Part shown: positions 38,445-52,599 of the stretch, one piece after another
How the letters are laid out: each line of letters starts with the position of its first letter
Position numbering within the stretch: the stretch's first letter is position 1
Assembly (NCBI GenBank): GCA_051294375.1
Contig: CM119270.1
Location: forward strand, 835,238 to 899,237
Origin: Paraspadella gotoi
Lineage: Eukaryota > Animalia > Chaetognatha
Reading direction: 5' to 3'
Length of the DNA: 64,000 bases
Made by a program: the position numbers and the translations under genes
The notes under the pieces: model-generated
The model's input: the letters and a program-made list of their open reading frames with translations, nothing else
The model's database searches: none
What the model was told of the DNA's origin: nothing

Positions 38445-38753
38445 ATTCTTATCTCTCTATCTCCCTCCCTCTTTTCTTTCTCGTATCCTCACATTTTTTT
38501 AATCTTTCCCTCATTCTCTCTTTTTCCTTTCTTTCCTCTTCTCCCGACTTTTTTATTCATTTTATCACACTAATGCGGTTAGGGATTAACGCCGTCTATC
38601 TCTCTCTCTCTCTCTCTCTCTCTCCTCGCTCTCGCTCTCTCTCTCTTCTCTCTCTCGTCTTCTCTCTCTCTCCTCTCTCTCTCTCTCTACCGTCCTAACG
38701 GAAGCGTATCTGCCTGAGGGCGACAAGATCAGTTTTCCACCCATTCGACTTTT

Positions 38754-38849
<96 letters not shown>

Positions 38850-39074
38850 CGGAGACAGAAACAGAGAAAGACAGATAGAGAGAGAGAACCGCGGGTCGGT
38901 TGCCGAGAGAGAAAAAAAAAAGATTCTAATCGGAAAAGATAAAAATTGTGAAACGAGGAAACCAAAACAAACAAACGGAACAACAACAACAATAGCAACA
39001 ACCGATTTTTCTCTGTCATGTTTTGTAGCGAAGAAATTGAAAGGGTGTGGGAGAGGAAGGTGATGGAATTAAAT

Positions 39075-39110
39075 AATTGATTAATTAATTAATTAATTAA
39101 TGATTGAATT

Positions 39111-39167
<57 letters not shown>

Positions 39168-39172
39168 TATAT

Positions 39173-39240
<68 letters not shown>

Positions 39241-39340
39241 TGAATGAATGAATGAATGAATGAATGAATGAGTGAATGAATGAATGAATGAATGAATGAA
39301 TGAATGAATTAATTAATTAATTAATTTTAATTAATTAATG
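39075..39340 (+). repeat. Compound microsatellite (TTAA)n-(TTTA)n-(GAAT)n
   Basis: Directly visible; copy at ~11895-12215. Confidence 0.95.
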
Positions 39341-40072
39341 TATAAAGCAGTTACATAATGAGCGAAATATACTAAATTCTTAGTGAAAGAAATAAAATGA
39401 AATTGAAAGAAGACGAGAAATATAACAAAAATTTTTAAGATTTATATTATATATATTTTAGATATTATTTATATAATTTTTTTTAAATAATACTTTTATC
39501 GCGTAACACGGGAATTGTGAAACTCAAATTGCAAATATTTTTTTTACGTAACGAAACTGAAAATCAACTAATGAAAAGGAACAATAAAACTTTTTAGTAT
39601 TTTATTTTAAGTTAGGTTCAAATCCGCATATATCATATTGATGACTAGAAACCATCCGGAAAACTAAACTGTATCTGTTGTTTTCTACGATTTAGACATT
39701 TAAACTTTAAAAAATTATTATGAAATTGGTACAACCAATATAAAAAAAATCTTAATCTTAAAAGCATAAGATCGAGCCGCTTTCGAAGTAACCAAATATT
39801 GAATGCGAATATAAACCAAATATTGATGCTCGATGATAACCACATATGGACGGGCGATGATAGACCATATAATTGATGCGACTGATAGACAAAATGACTG
39901 GATGTGATGATAATCAAGATGATTGATGCGATCGATAGTCATGTCATTGATATGATGATAACTCATTCCCATTGATTACGATGATAGTCATTCATTGATG
40001 CGATGATAGTCATATCATTGACGCGCTGAATCATTCATCGAAATAAACAAACAAATGTCGTGTATGAGTGAA

Positions 40073-40104
<32 letters not shown>

Positions 40105-41256
40105 GAAGAGAGAGAGACGAGAGGCTGGACAGTTTTCCCGCCAAACGAACACGCATTGATAGGTCTCTCTCGTTATATAAGAGAATAATCAGAATTTTTT
40201 AGATAAAAAATCAGCGAAAAGTCTCGGATGTAAATTTGTTGATTTTGTATTGAGAAACAAGCGGCGGGAATAATGGCGATAATAAAAGTTTTAAGAAGGA
40301 AAAAAAGAAGAGAGAGAGAGAGAGAGAGGGAGAGAGAATGAGAGAGAGAGAGGAGAAGGAGAGAAAGAGGGAGGGAGAGTGAGAAAGAGAGAGAGAGAGA
40401 GAGTTTTTTTCCCACCAAAACGAGCGCATTATTAGGTCACTCTCCGTTTATAATCGGTTATCCGTCCTCCGCAACGGCGTCGTGAAATTGGGTCTATGTT
40501 GATTTTTTTATGAACACGTACGCGTATATTAGGTCATGTCCTCGACATTGTTTACTTGTTGCTCCCGGACAATCGACCACGAAATCTAGGTTAAGTAGTT
40601 ATTGTATTTGGGAATTTTGTTATGAGATAAAAATAATAAATGGCGATAATAAAAGTTTTTAGAAGAGAAAAAATCCAAAACGAAAATCTTTTTCGGAAAT
40701 AAAATGGCGTATTAAAATGAAAAGTTTTAGAGGAAAAAAAAGAGAGAGAAAGAGAAGAGAGAGAGAGAGAAAGAGAGATAGAGAGAAAAAGATCGTTCTT
40801 TTTTTAAGGAAGAAACGCAGACCGAGGTCAAATTTAATAATTTGCAATATTTAATAATTAATTTATAAATATTATCACAACTCAAGATAGATTATATTTT
40901 AAAAAAAGTTAAAAATTGATTAAATAATATAACGAACAAAATATTTATTAAATTTAATAATAGTCAAATTATCAGAATTAAAAAAAAAGTATATTTAATT
41001 TGACTATATCTCTCTTATCAACATCCTTATTTTAGTATATAATTTGCCAATAGTGGGCACACGGCGGTCCAGAGTGGCAAATAATAAAAAAAACAAATTT
41101 TTTTTTTATAATGTGATGCATGCAATTATATTATTCGGGCGCAAAGTGCCTGCATATATTAATAGGACACATAGCTGATTTATATGTGATAATGCATATC
41201 ATTAATAAGTTATTTCATTATTTTTTAAAAAATAATAAAGAGAGAGAGAGAGGAGA

Positions 41257-41288
<32 letters not shown>

Positions 41289-42879
41289 AAGAAAAAGAAA
41301 AAAACCGAATTTCTTTTTTCCAATTAATATCTCAGATATAAATTTGGGATTTTGTTGAAAAAAAAAAGCGTGGAATAAATGGCGATAATAAGAAGTTTTA
41401 GAAGAGGAAAAAATAATCAGAATTTTTTCTAAAAATACGAACGATCGTAACAGCAGTGAGAGAGACAGAAAAGGACAGAAAGAGAGAACAGAGAGACAGA
41501 AAGAAAAAGAGAGACAAAAGAGACCAGAAAGAAAGAGAAGCTGGAGCGCCAAGTCCTGAACAGACCTTGCAGGAACCTGAACTTCTCGGTTTTTTAGGGT
41601 TCAGAAATAAGAAGCAGACTGACAAATATAGGAGAAGAAAAATCTATATTAATTTAAAAAAAAAAACGACAAGGCAAAAATATGTTAACAAGTTGTTTAC
41701 AATTGGGAAATTTTCACAGAATTTTTTTCCAATCGCAGCTTGTAAAAGATTTAATTTATAATTTGTATTAAATAAGAAATATAGCTTCTCATTAAAAATC
41801 CTTTGACGGTTCCGCATTTTTATTAAAAATTTAAAACAAATTTTTGAATTCAATCTCAAATTATATTACTGCAATATGTAAAATAGATTAAAGCATTTAT
41901 GATACTATTTTGGATATTATAAGGAGTACTTTAATCTCATTGTGCATATGCAGTAAATCATAAATGAAGTGGGAAATTCAAACAGAAAATAAACTAAAAT
42001 CCAAATGTCATATGAAAAAATCACAGCTATTTCAAGATGAAAGAACCATATCTAAATTTTAACTTTTAACTTATGATTGCATCACTTTTGTAAAAACTGT
42101 TAATCATAATTTTATAATGAAATTTATTTTAAAAAAATCGGTATGCAACCAGCCAAACCTAATAAAAGCGTAGTAGTTTTATAATACAAAACAGGCTTGA
42201 CGGGGAGACCGACGACGACGGACGACGACGACGGCTAGACGATACTCACAAAGAAGCACCCGCTAAAACATATAGAGCCTGACCGGCTGTCGCCGGTCAA
42301 GGCTCCGGAATAATTATCTTCATGTTAATAAATAAGTTATTCTTGGCCCGGCTGGACTTTGGACAGGCCTTTGGTGGTTTAAAGGCCTCCATCGACTCTT
42401 ACAAGATAACAGATATATATATCACCATATTATGATTTTATATTGTATAAATTATATTTATATTATAGTTATATTATGTTAATACGGAGGAAAGGATAAT
42501 ATTCTTTTGTTTCTTTGATTCGCAAATTTCCCATTTTTGTTCAGGGGATGATACGAAACGTTTTGTTATGAACTTTAAATTTGAAAGCGCAAAACGAAAT
42601 GTAAAAAAACGTTTTATTTTTCCGCGGGCGCAGTTTACAAACTCTCTCTCTCTCTCTCGGTCTCGTCCCTTGTGTCTCGACATGTCATCCTCACGTCAGG
42701 CTCGTTCTCTTGATCTCTCTCCTCTCAAGCGAGCTCTCCCAATCGACGTCTCCGCTACTCGTCTCGTTCTCCACGTCAATCTCTGACGTCTCGCTCGCGT
42801 CGTCGTTTCTCATTATCTGCCTTCTCGTAGCGGTCCTCTGTCTACTCTTTTCTCTCTCTTCCGCCACCACCAACGGAGC

Positions 42880-43215
42880 GCATAAAAAAGTAGGGGGGGT
42901 GGCAAGGCCTCAGACAGCGGGAGGCGGTGCGGCGAAGATCAATCTCAAAATCATTCTGGCTTCCAGCGCGCCCGAGCCCTGTCCGTTCGCTTCTTCTTCT
43001 GCGGCTTTTTTTTCATGAACTTGGGTCTTGTCCATTAAAGCTAGAGTTTTATGNNNNNNNNNNNNNNNNNNNNNNNNNTATTATATTATATTATATTATA
43101 TTATATTATATTATATTAAAATACGGGGGAAAGGAATAAATTCTTTCGCGATGAACGAAACTTTTGTTTGACTTATTGAAGCCAAAACGAAATTAAAACG
43201 TTTTTCGCGCGCGTT

Positions 43216-43252
<37 letters not shown>

Positions 43253-43598
43253 NNNNNNNNNNNNNNNNNNNNNNNNNNNNNNNNNNNNNNNNNNNNNNNN
43301 NNNNNNNNNNNNNNNNNNNNNNNNNNNNNNNNNNNNNNNNNNNNNNNNNNNNNNNNNNNNNNNNNNNNNNNNNNNNNNNNNNNNNNNNNNNNNNNNNNNN
43401 NNNNNNNNNNNNNNNNNNNNNNNNNNNNNNNNNNNNNNNNNNNAGACCATAAAAAGTAGGGGGGTGCAAAAGGCCGACGCGGCTCGGCGAAGATCAATCA
43501 ATCAATCATTCTGCTTCCAGCGCGCGAGCCTCCGTTCGCTTCTGCGCTTTTTTTTCATAAACTGGTCTTTCCATTAAACAGATTGGCTGCGCGGCGGC
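42880..43598 (+). repeat. Local duplication across N-gaps (42880-43050 matches 43445-43580; 43080-43250 matches the end of block D)
   Basis: CATAAAAAAGTAGGGGGGTG...GGCGAAGATCAATC...TTCCAGCGCGC appears twice; likely gap-fill overlap. Confidence 0.8.
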
Positions 43599-43911
43599 NN
43601 NNNNNNNNNNNNNNNNNNNNNNNNNNNNNNNNNNNNNNNNNNNNNNNNNNNNNNNNNNNNNNNNNNNNNNNNNNNNNNNNNNNNNNNNNNNNNNNNNNNN
43701 NNNNNNNNNNNNNNNNNNNNNNNNNNNNNNNNNNNNNNNNNNNNNNNNNNNNNNNNNNNNNNNNNNNNNNNNNNNNNNNNNNNNNNNNNNNNNNNNNNNN
43801 NNNNNNNNNNNNGAGAGAGAGAGAGAGAGAGAGAGAGAGACAAAGAACACAACTGTGTAAAGTGGTGTGATAAACTTGAAGGATCAGCGAAAACCACACA
43901 CTTCCAAGTGT

Positions 43912-43918
43912 GATTGTA

Positions 43919-44004
<86 letters not shown>
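43912..44004 (+). repeat. (GATT)n microsatellite
   Basis: Directly visible. Confidence 0.98.
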
Positions 44005-47000
44005 GTTATGTTGGTTTCAATTTCACAGTAAAACTCATTTAGTATTAAACCAGTTTTTTCTCATTGTATTTTTACTAAAGATAAATTCAATCAAAAAAAT
44101 TGGTTGATAGTGAGATTGAGACTCAGTTTAAGATAGATATTGAGATAGAGAGCGTAATTGAGAATGAGAGTGAGAAAGAAAATGAGACCTAGTTTGAGAT
44201 AGAGAGCGATAGCGAGCGAGATTTTGAGAGCGATGCTTTTTTGGATTTTTCCCCATTTTTCCTTCATCACCTGAAAATGATCACTTTGTCTGATTAAAGG
44301 GACACAGGTTCTTCATCATCTGAAGGAGAAGGATTTTTGTGCCCGACGTCGAGACCGAACTGACCGACAGAATTTCGGTGAGCCGCCCGCCGCTGCCCGC
44401 CGCTGCCCGCCGCTGCCCGCCGCCGCTATTAACGACATCTCGTCTCATTTCAACCCTTCTTTCCTCAGCTATACCTTCCTCCTCCTCCTCCTCCTCCTCC
44501 TTCTCCGTCTTCCCCGAAACGGTGACCAGAGAAGGAGTCCATTAATGAATGAACCTCGAGAAAAAGCCCAATAAATGACAAACATAAAGGCTGCGGTCTA
44601 GTAGCAGCAACTCCTCGAACGTACGCTTATAATTTTCAACTGTGAAGTTTTATTCTATTCCTTCTTAAACACAACGGACGAAAAAACTTGGCGCGATAAA
44701 TGCACATTCTTTCTTGCGATGTGTTTTTTTTTCTTCTTATTTCCCTTCTTCCAACTTTTATTAATAAATAAATACTTTTCTTTTTTTTTCCTTTTATTTT
44801 TTTCTCAGTCGTTTTCTCATTTTAGTTTACAGAGGGCGGGGGATTTTTACTTTTGTCGCCGTGGTAAATGTTTTTTTCGCTCTTGTTAGGGAGATATGAG
44901 AGAGAGAGAGAGAGAGAGAAAGAGAAGAAGAGAGAGAAGCAGAGCAGAGGAGAGACGCAGATTTGGGAGCATGAGGCGGGCGGAGAGCACGGGGCACGAG
45001 AAACGGCGACTGGGCGGCGGGCGGCAGGGGCGGGAGAAGAGGGACGCGTGGGCTGGGCTCGGCTCGGCCGGTGTGCGTGGTCGGTCGGCTGCAGCGGTGT
45101 GTGGCTGTCGTGCTATGGCGGCGGGGAGAACTCGGGGCGGTCGGCGGACTTATATTGTGTTAGCCTTTGCTAGTGCACTCATCTCATTCGCTCTCTCTCG
45201 ATACGCAGTACCAATCTTTTCTCCTTCTCTTCTATCTCATGCTACCTCCGATTCTGTGAATCTGCCATATCTGCTGTGCGCTCGAGATACTCTCTTGTAG
45301 CAGGACGCAGCGAGTACTGAGAGAAACGACGAAGAGGACATAGTATACGAAGCAGGACAGCAGGAAAAACAAAAGAACGACCAAGTATGCACGGAGCAGA
45401 GCCAGGAGCGAGCACGATGAGGACGCGACGCAGCGCCGCCGCACAGGGCCGCAGCAGAGCAAAGAAACACAACTGCGTGTAGAAGCTCGGCTCAGATCGG
45501 ATAACTTGAGGGACGGCGCCGGACTAAGCCAGCCTGCCCCACTACAGCCTCTGCGCGACAGTAGTTTAGCGATACGAAGAAAACGTAAACTTGCTCACGT
45601 AGCGGTCGGGGCGAAGATGTTAAATGGAAGAAATTGGGTATTTGATCGGAAAACCGGAAATTTGGCGACTGATTCGTAAACGCGGACTGCGACGCGTCCT
45701 CGTCTGGAGTTGCACGCTTGCGACGTCGATTGCACTGTGGATCCGGGATGCCTTTAAGTGCGATCTGGGATATAGAAATAAGGGGATTGATTCTTTTGAT
45801 GTAAATAAGATGCTAAGTAAGAGTGTGTGTTGTGTTGTGTGTGGGCTGTCCGTCAAGAGTATGTACGAACATAAGTTACTAAACAATTCATCTTTAATGT
45901 TATTATTATATTTATTATTTATTCTAGATTTTTTTGTCATACATTATTGGTTATATTTAGAATATAATACATATTAAAGATATAATTTTACTTAGAAATA
46001 TTTTTTATTAAATATAACATAATTACTATATATATAAAAGTGTTGAGAATAGTAAAAGAGTATAATAATGTTCTATGAAGTATTTATCGCGTTAGGCCAT
46101 ATAGTCACGGCACGGGTGTAGCTAGAAGGATAGCATACAATATTTTTTAGTTATTGTAGTAAGGTATAAAGGTAGATAAATTTATGATCTATGAGTTAAA
46201 ATATGTCGTATGAATGAGTGAATAGAAAAGAAAACATGGTAAAGACGAGCTAAGATATTATTATTTAAATTAGAACGCTCCTTGATTAGGCTATTGTGTT
46301 ATAACAGAGCTGATAACATTAAGGTGAACGTGGAGCAGAAGTGGATAGATAATAAACTTAATGATTATGTAGCTCGCTAAATATATAGCTTATTATTTTT
46401 TATTAATAGAGTAATAATATTTGATATTATAAAATTAATATTCATATAATTATCATACATTAAAACCTATTAATGATAAATTAGATTATATATCTCCTCA
46501 CTTATTGTCTATTAAGATAACTTATACAAAATTCGTACTTAAATATTGCAATAAAAAATTAGTTCATTTTATTTTTATTTTATAATATAAGATTTTAAAT
46601 GGGTCCCGATAGTTATAAGATTTCTCAATTCTATGAAATCTAAAATATTAATCCATTTTTTATATCTAAGTATCTCCTTATTGAAAAAAAATTAAAGACC
46701 TTTAGTTTTCTTATTATGTATAATAAAAAAAAAGATTGTGACCAACCCAGTGGGTTCATAAAAAGGCCCGACATCTCTCCATTGTGGAGAGGAACGGTCC
46801 GCACAAGGAGCGGAAAAGAGGTCTGCTCCTAGTGAGGCGTTGACAAGTCTTCGGTGTCCCAGCCTCCGTTCACGGACCTGGGAAGAACAGATTTATCCGG
46901 ATTGTGAGCCCGTGTGTGCATACGACTTTTCAGTGTGTACTGTCGTGAATAGACATCAGCGAAAGATTACGTATTCCAAGGATATAAATTTCGTGACGTC

Positions 47001-47389
47001 CATTCCTTAATAAAAAGCAATAATGCTTGCCCCTGCCCGGACTCCGTGTGATTAGGACGCACTACCATGCCGGGGCGTTTTATATAGCACCTTCTTCTGT
47101 GAGCACGCTGCCGAGCCCCGCCGCCGCGCTTACTTATACTCAATTCGGCCGACACATTGTCCTGGCGCTCGCTCTCATCAACTTTCCAAGGCGCCGTTCA
47201 GTCTGCCTCCTATCATTATCGTACGACTTCTTCGTGTCCCTCCCGTATAGTTCTTGACGCATCGATAGTCCAAGGTAACCGCATGAACTAAGCCGTCGGC
47301 GATTGGACACTGCCCCGCTCTTTCGTTTAGCCGGAAATCTGCAGCTCGCCCGGTGGCTTGGCCCCCCGGGCATGATACCGGGGCCGTGC

Positions 47390-48560
47390 CGGCAGACACG
47401 CAGCCGCCGCAGCACAGGCGCGATAGGCGCATAGCTGAGATCCAGCAGAATATAAAAGAAGGAATGGATAATGAAACCGATATCTCCTAGGTTACTCGCT
47501 GAGGGCGAGGAAAAGATAGAAGGTGAGGAGAGGGAGAGAGAGGGGGAGGATGGAGGGAAGAAGGGCGAGGCAGAGAGGGGGAGGAGAGGGGAACTGAAAG
47601 CAGAGGGAGGAGTATTGGATAGGTAGGAAAGGAGTTTACGTGAACGGCAGGTGAAGGTAAAGGGACGCGAAACGTGTATAAGAGAGGAGAGGAGAGAAGA
47701 GAGAGAAAGGAAGTGTATGTTCACTCACATAACTAGCGCATGTACAATATTGCGAAAAGATAATAGAGATGTGGTGTGGCGGACTGGGGTGGGGGAGAGA
47801 AAGATGGAGACAAACGGTCTCACGCAAACAGAAGGAATGTGGACACGATTGAAACAGTCACTTAAGAGGAACGAGAGGACGTGACGCAGAGAGAGGGAGA
47901 GAGAGAGAGAGAGAGAGAGAGATCGAGAGATGAGCGGAGAAGATAGATGAGACGTCAGACATAGCGCTGGAAATTGGGAAAGCGAGAGGCTCGAAGTCCT
48001 GGCATTTGAAAAGAGTTTTTTTTCTCCGTGTTCTTCGCGATGAACAGTATCTAAGGGTCGGTCAGAGAGGAGACGTGGAGAAGACGAGCAGAGAGGATGT
48101 AGGGATACGTCAGACGCATCAATGCAGAAGAGAGAGGTAGAGGAGAGAGCAGATAGAATTCTTTCTGAGGTACCCTTGACGTTTTTCCAGCGAGTGGGAA
48201 TTTCAGCTAGAATAAAGCATGTGACATGGCTGACGTTCAGCGGTGATGTCGTGGTGCGCACTCAGAGCAAGTGATGCATACATACCCGGCTTTTTTTGAA
48301 TTCCTTTGGTCTCTGCTCTCATGGCCTCTCTCCTCTCTCTGCACCTCTCTCCTCTCTCACTCTCCCTCGGGCTCCTCTCTCTCTCTTTTCACTCATCGCC
48401 TTCTCTCTCGTCTCTCCTCATCTCCGCTCGTTTCTTTCTTCAATGTCTGGAAATTCTTTGTTTCAAAATATGCTTTGTAGTTTTTTATATTTCACATTGC
48501 TTTCAAGAAAAGAAGATGAACAACTGGAAAAAAATTACACCCTCTCTTCTCACGCCCCCT
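47390..48560 (+). repeat. Degraded direct copy of 58215-59080
   Basis: Shared GTGAAGGTAAAGG..CGAAACG, AAGATGGAGACAAA, GGCAT.TTGAAAAGAG and AAGATGAACAA..GAAAAAATTACA. Confidence 0.75.
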
Positions 48561-49093
48561 CGATTCTATCGCCCCGCCTCGCGCTTTCTTTCAATTTGTT
48601 TTTGACGAGCAGGGAAAGGGGCTGAGATTAGCGATGTCGCACATCTGNNNNNNNNNNNNNNNNNNNNNNNNNCCAACCTCGAAAGACAGATGGAATCAGA
48701 TGGAATCAGATGGAATCGAAGATTAAGATTTCATCCGAGTAATTATGAAGAATGGCACCGCCGCTAACTGGCCACGTGGGTCTAATACGCTCTGTCTCTG
48801 TCTCTCTTTGTGCCTCTCTCTCTCTCTGTCTCTCTTACTCTTTCACTCTCTCTTACTCTCTCTCTCTCTCTATTTCCCAATTCGCAGGAACTCTAACTTA
48901 GTCTCAGCTTCTTCAATCCATTTGGTCAAAGTCTATCATTAATAATGATTCATTATTCTTTCAATTTTCTTCACGTTTAACTTTTCTGCTCTCAAATTAA
49001 TTGCCGAATTTTTATAAAATTTATGTCAAAATTTTCTTGTTTTAATAAACCGAAGAATACAGGGTGATTTTTAAAAGCAGATATCGAGTGACA

Positions 49094-50020
49094 TGACTGC
49101 ACACTGCACAGTGCACAATGACATGACTGTAAGTCGGGAAAAAAATACTTTAAAAATTAATTTAAAATTAATTTTCGACAGTGAATTTCATATTAATAAA
49201 AATTAAATTAAAATTAATTTTCGACAGTGAATTTCATATTAATAAAAATTAAATTAAAATTAATTTTCGACAGTGAATTTCATATTAATAAAAACGAAAA
49301 GCAATGACGACGAAAACGGCGATGATTATGACGTTACGGACAACGACGATGACAATAACGACGACAATGACTAAAGTGTAAACGAAGATAATGACAAAGA
49401 GGAAGACAAAGATAATGACAAAGATGACTAAATTTAACTGCGACAATAACAATGAAACCAAAAAAAAATATTACGAAAAGAAAATAAAAACGTCGAATAT
49501 GATTATTTCGGATGAAAAATGGGAAAAGAGGAAATGAAAAAAACGGCCGACGACGACGACGACGACGATGATGACGACGACGACGATGATGACGACGACG
49601 AAGACGAAGAGGAAGGCGACGATGATGACGACGACGAAGAGGAAGGCGACGATGATGACGACGACGACGACGACGACGACCACGAGGACACGGAATACAT
49701 TCAAACTGCCTTCATTTGGGGAAAACGGTCGAGGAAATAAACGAAAGTCTAAACCGGAAGTAGGTGGCGTTGGGGACGTGCTACGTGCTGCGTGCTACGT
49801 GTTTCGTGCTACGTGCTGCGTTGCGTGTGACGTCGTGTGAGTTCACGAGAGCGCGCTGATGTACGAGGACAGGATTGAAGATTGTGTTACTGTGATATTA
49901 ATTAAGAGTTTGAGTAGTTAGAAAATCTTGTTCAAAATAAGTCTAAATATTAACTGTTAAAGAAATCCAGCGGTTTTTTTTTCCTCTACCCACCACTGTG
50001 TACTGACCAAATATCTCATG
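49094..50020 (+). repeat. Left arm of long inverted repeat (partner ~62660-63811); includes 46-bp x3 repeat and (GAC/GAT)n
   Basis: CGACAGTGAATTTCATATTAATAAAA at 49176, 49222 and 49268, with reverse complements near 63655-63730. AAAATAAGTCTAAATATTAACTGTTAAAGAAAT is reversed at ~62720-62750. Confidence 0.85.
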
Positions 50021-50035
50021 CCTTTCACTTAATCC

Positions 50036-50070
<35 letters not shown>

Positions 50071-50169
50071 CTTCTCGCACCACACCTGGCCTCCTCATGG
50101 GGTGGTCATTGTGGATCTCATCTTCCCTCACTCCTCACAGAGGCCCGGAGCGCTTTCGGCTCTCACAGA

Positions 50170-50745
50170 ACCACAAGTTTCTACTCACGGCATTGTAAAC
50201 GTGGCGTACGTCACCCTTCTACCGTCTGGGGAAAAAAGTTCGGGCAACTCCGAGCCGGCCAAGACTGAACAGCCGGGCTTAAGCCGACACCAAGAATTCG
50301 GTTCCGCTAGGCTCAGAGAACGAAAACGGTGCGGCAGCAATCTGCAAGCAGACGTGTCGAGGATTCGACGGAAAATTCTGCTGATGCCAATGGAACGCCA
50401 GCAAAGCAGGGAGAGTGCCTTATTCTCATCATGTCTCTCTTCTTCTTCGTAAATTCAACGGATGAAGGGGGATAAAGGCAGCAGATTTGGCAGAGCATGC
50501 CTGCAGAGGCCGACGAGGCACAATTCGTGTCAACAGAGACACAGTTGAATCTCTCTTTCTGATCGAAAGCAGCAGCACGGCAAGATAGAGGTCTCCCAGT
50601 CATGTGGAAAGGAATTACGTAACCGACGACTGTCTTTATCGTCCGGATCGTGGAGAAAGCCAGACGGAGCAGGCGGGCGCAGCGAAATATGACCGACTAC
50701 CCTTTTTCCCTGGACCTGGGCTGGAGGTTGCAAGAGTAGTGCCCG
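50170..50745 (-). CDS. Antisense coding segment A in LTR element 2
   Basis: Synonymous-codon match to 29740-30230; frame broken by indels. Confidence 0.45.
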
Positions 50746-52599
50746 ATAAAAGGATTGATATTGAACTCATTAAAGTTTAAATAGACTTTAACATAGATCA
50801 TTGACATATCAGCGATTGATAACTGATAATAATCATATTAATATTTTTTAATGTGTATTATATAAGTAGGTATGGGCATGTTTTAAAACGCACATAAATG
50901 TGTTTTAAATGTGTGACAGCCCGGTATCGTAATGTGAAACGTATGTAAGTGATGTAAATTTTTGAGTAGATAATAATATGGTTGTATTTAATTATGTGTA
51001 AGTAATATGTGGCGTTGAAGGAATGAAAACAGTTTTGGTTGGAATTTTTGGTACAAATTATATTGTTAAGGCTAACTTCATCAGTTGTGAAGTTGTAGGT
51101 TTAAGAACATTAGATTATTAAAGATAAAATAAATTGTTATTTTATATAAAGTTTATGAGATAGTAATTTATGAACTCTAGTTTTTGCTGTGAAATATAAT
51201 GTTACTATCTTTTTATAAATATATATTCTTGTTTATGGATTACAAAATTTTTTTGAAAATGAATATGATTTTGGTTGCCTAGCATTGATATATATATTAA
51301 GCTCCAGGGTTATGACTAATGATAATATCTCTGGTTGAAAGAAAGTGGATAAATGCTTGGGTTAAGGTATCTATGGACAATTGAAATTTTATATTTTTAT
51401 TATCACCTATGAGAAAAAAGGAAAAATAATAAGCATATTTTGAATCCAACGCGTAATGGAATTACAAAGTGTGTGAAACTGTGAAAGTGTGCTGTTCGAT
51501 TTAAATTACTTAGAGAGATAAAGAATGGAGTATAGTTTTATAGTATATATTGGTGAATAACATGATTTGGGCAAGCTTTTTATAGATAAAAATGTGATTT
51601 TTGGAAGATGGATGAAAGGGTAACACGATGACTACATTTGAAATAATATACAAATAAACTAAAAACAATTATATCTTAATATTTGATGACATGTTTATAT
51701 AAAGGTTAACATGAAGTTGAGTGAGTTGCAATTATATTAATTAACTGTCTATTACTTGAATCTAATTAATAGATATGCTGTAACGCTTTGATTATATTGA
51801 ATGCCACTCCATCAATGTTTAAGTTAGGTATAGATATTATTTAATGATGATTAGTATAAAAATGTATAATGCTACTTATTAAAATAAACCTAATAACATA
51901 ATAAAAGCTTGGATACCTAACATTTATTAACTTAGATTTTTATACTAGTCCAATTATGTTATATGAAAGTAAGGATCATATTATGGGGAATATGGGTACT
52001 AGCAAACAAATATGAGCAGAACTATATATTTGATGAGTTTTCAACTTTGAGCTGGTTGTATTAAGACACATTGTCGATCCCCGACCTTTTGGTTTCTGAA
52101 ACTTCAAGAGGGACTTGTTTTCAAAACTATTCAACAATTCCTTACGGCTCAAAGGTCGATGAATTGGACCTTTGAGTACTCTGTTGATTGGTGAGAAAGA
52201 ATAAGAGTCAGCAATACAGGGATGTGTGTAAGAGGATAATTGGTGGCCTGTAAATTTGAGAAGTTTGGGCAGAGTCTGAATGGGAGGATCTGAAAAAGAA
52301 CTTAAGGTTTTAGACCTCTTAAGGCTGATAAAATTGGAAATTCAAATTTATTTGGTAAATTATCACAGATATTTTGGACTGACTGTTTGATAACCAGATG
52401 AAAGATGACAACATACTGTCCATACGCATTCCTTCACACAATACACAACCGTCATTGTGGTCTCTGACCTTATACCGTAACCCATAGACAATTGGATATA
52501 GATGGTTTTTACAAATTTCATTCGTTGGAAGATTTGCGTAGGAATTAACAGTAAAAATTGCAGAAGAAGCTGGTCATGCCATTAAGTCAGATGGCCAAT

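Larger units (their letters stand above)
36410..42660 (+). repeat. Composite repeat block D, copy 2
   Basis: Colinear with 9060-15680. Confidence 0.9.

Noticed and set aside
1-43600. rDNA unit or intergenic spacer
   Set aside because: Despite the ~13-kb period, no 18S, 5.8S, 28S or 5S conserved motifs were seen.
44299-44377. Plus-strand exon (TAAAG|...|GTGAGC)
   Set aside because: Weak acceptor, ambiguous frame, and no recognisable peptide or neighbouring exons.
49519-49740. Asp/Glu-rich protein
   Set aside because: A trinucleotide repeat inside an inverted-repeat arm, with no flanking coding evidence.
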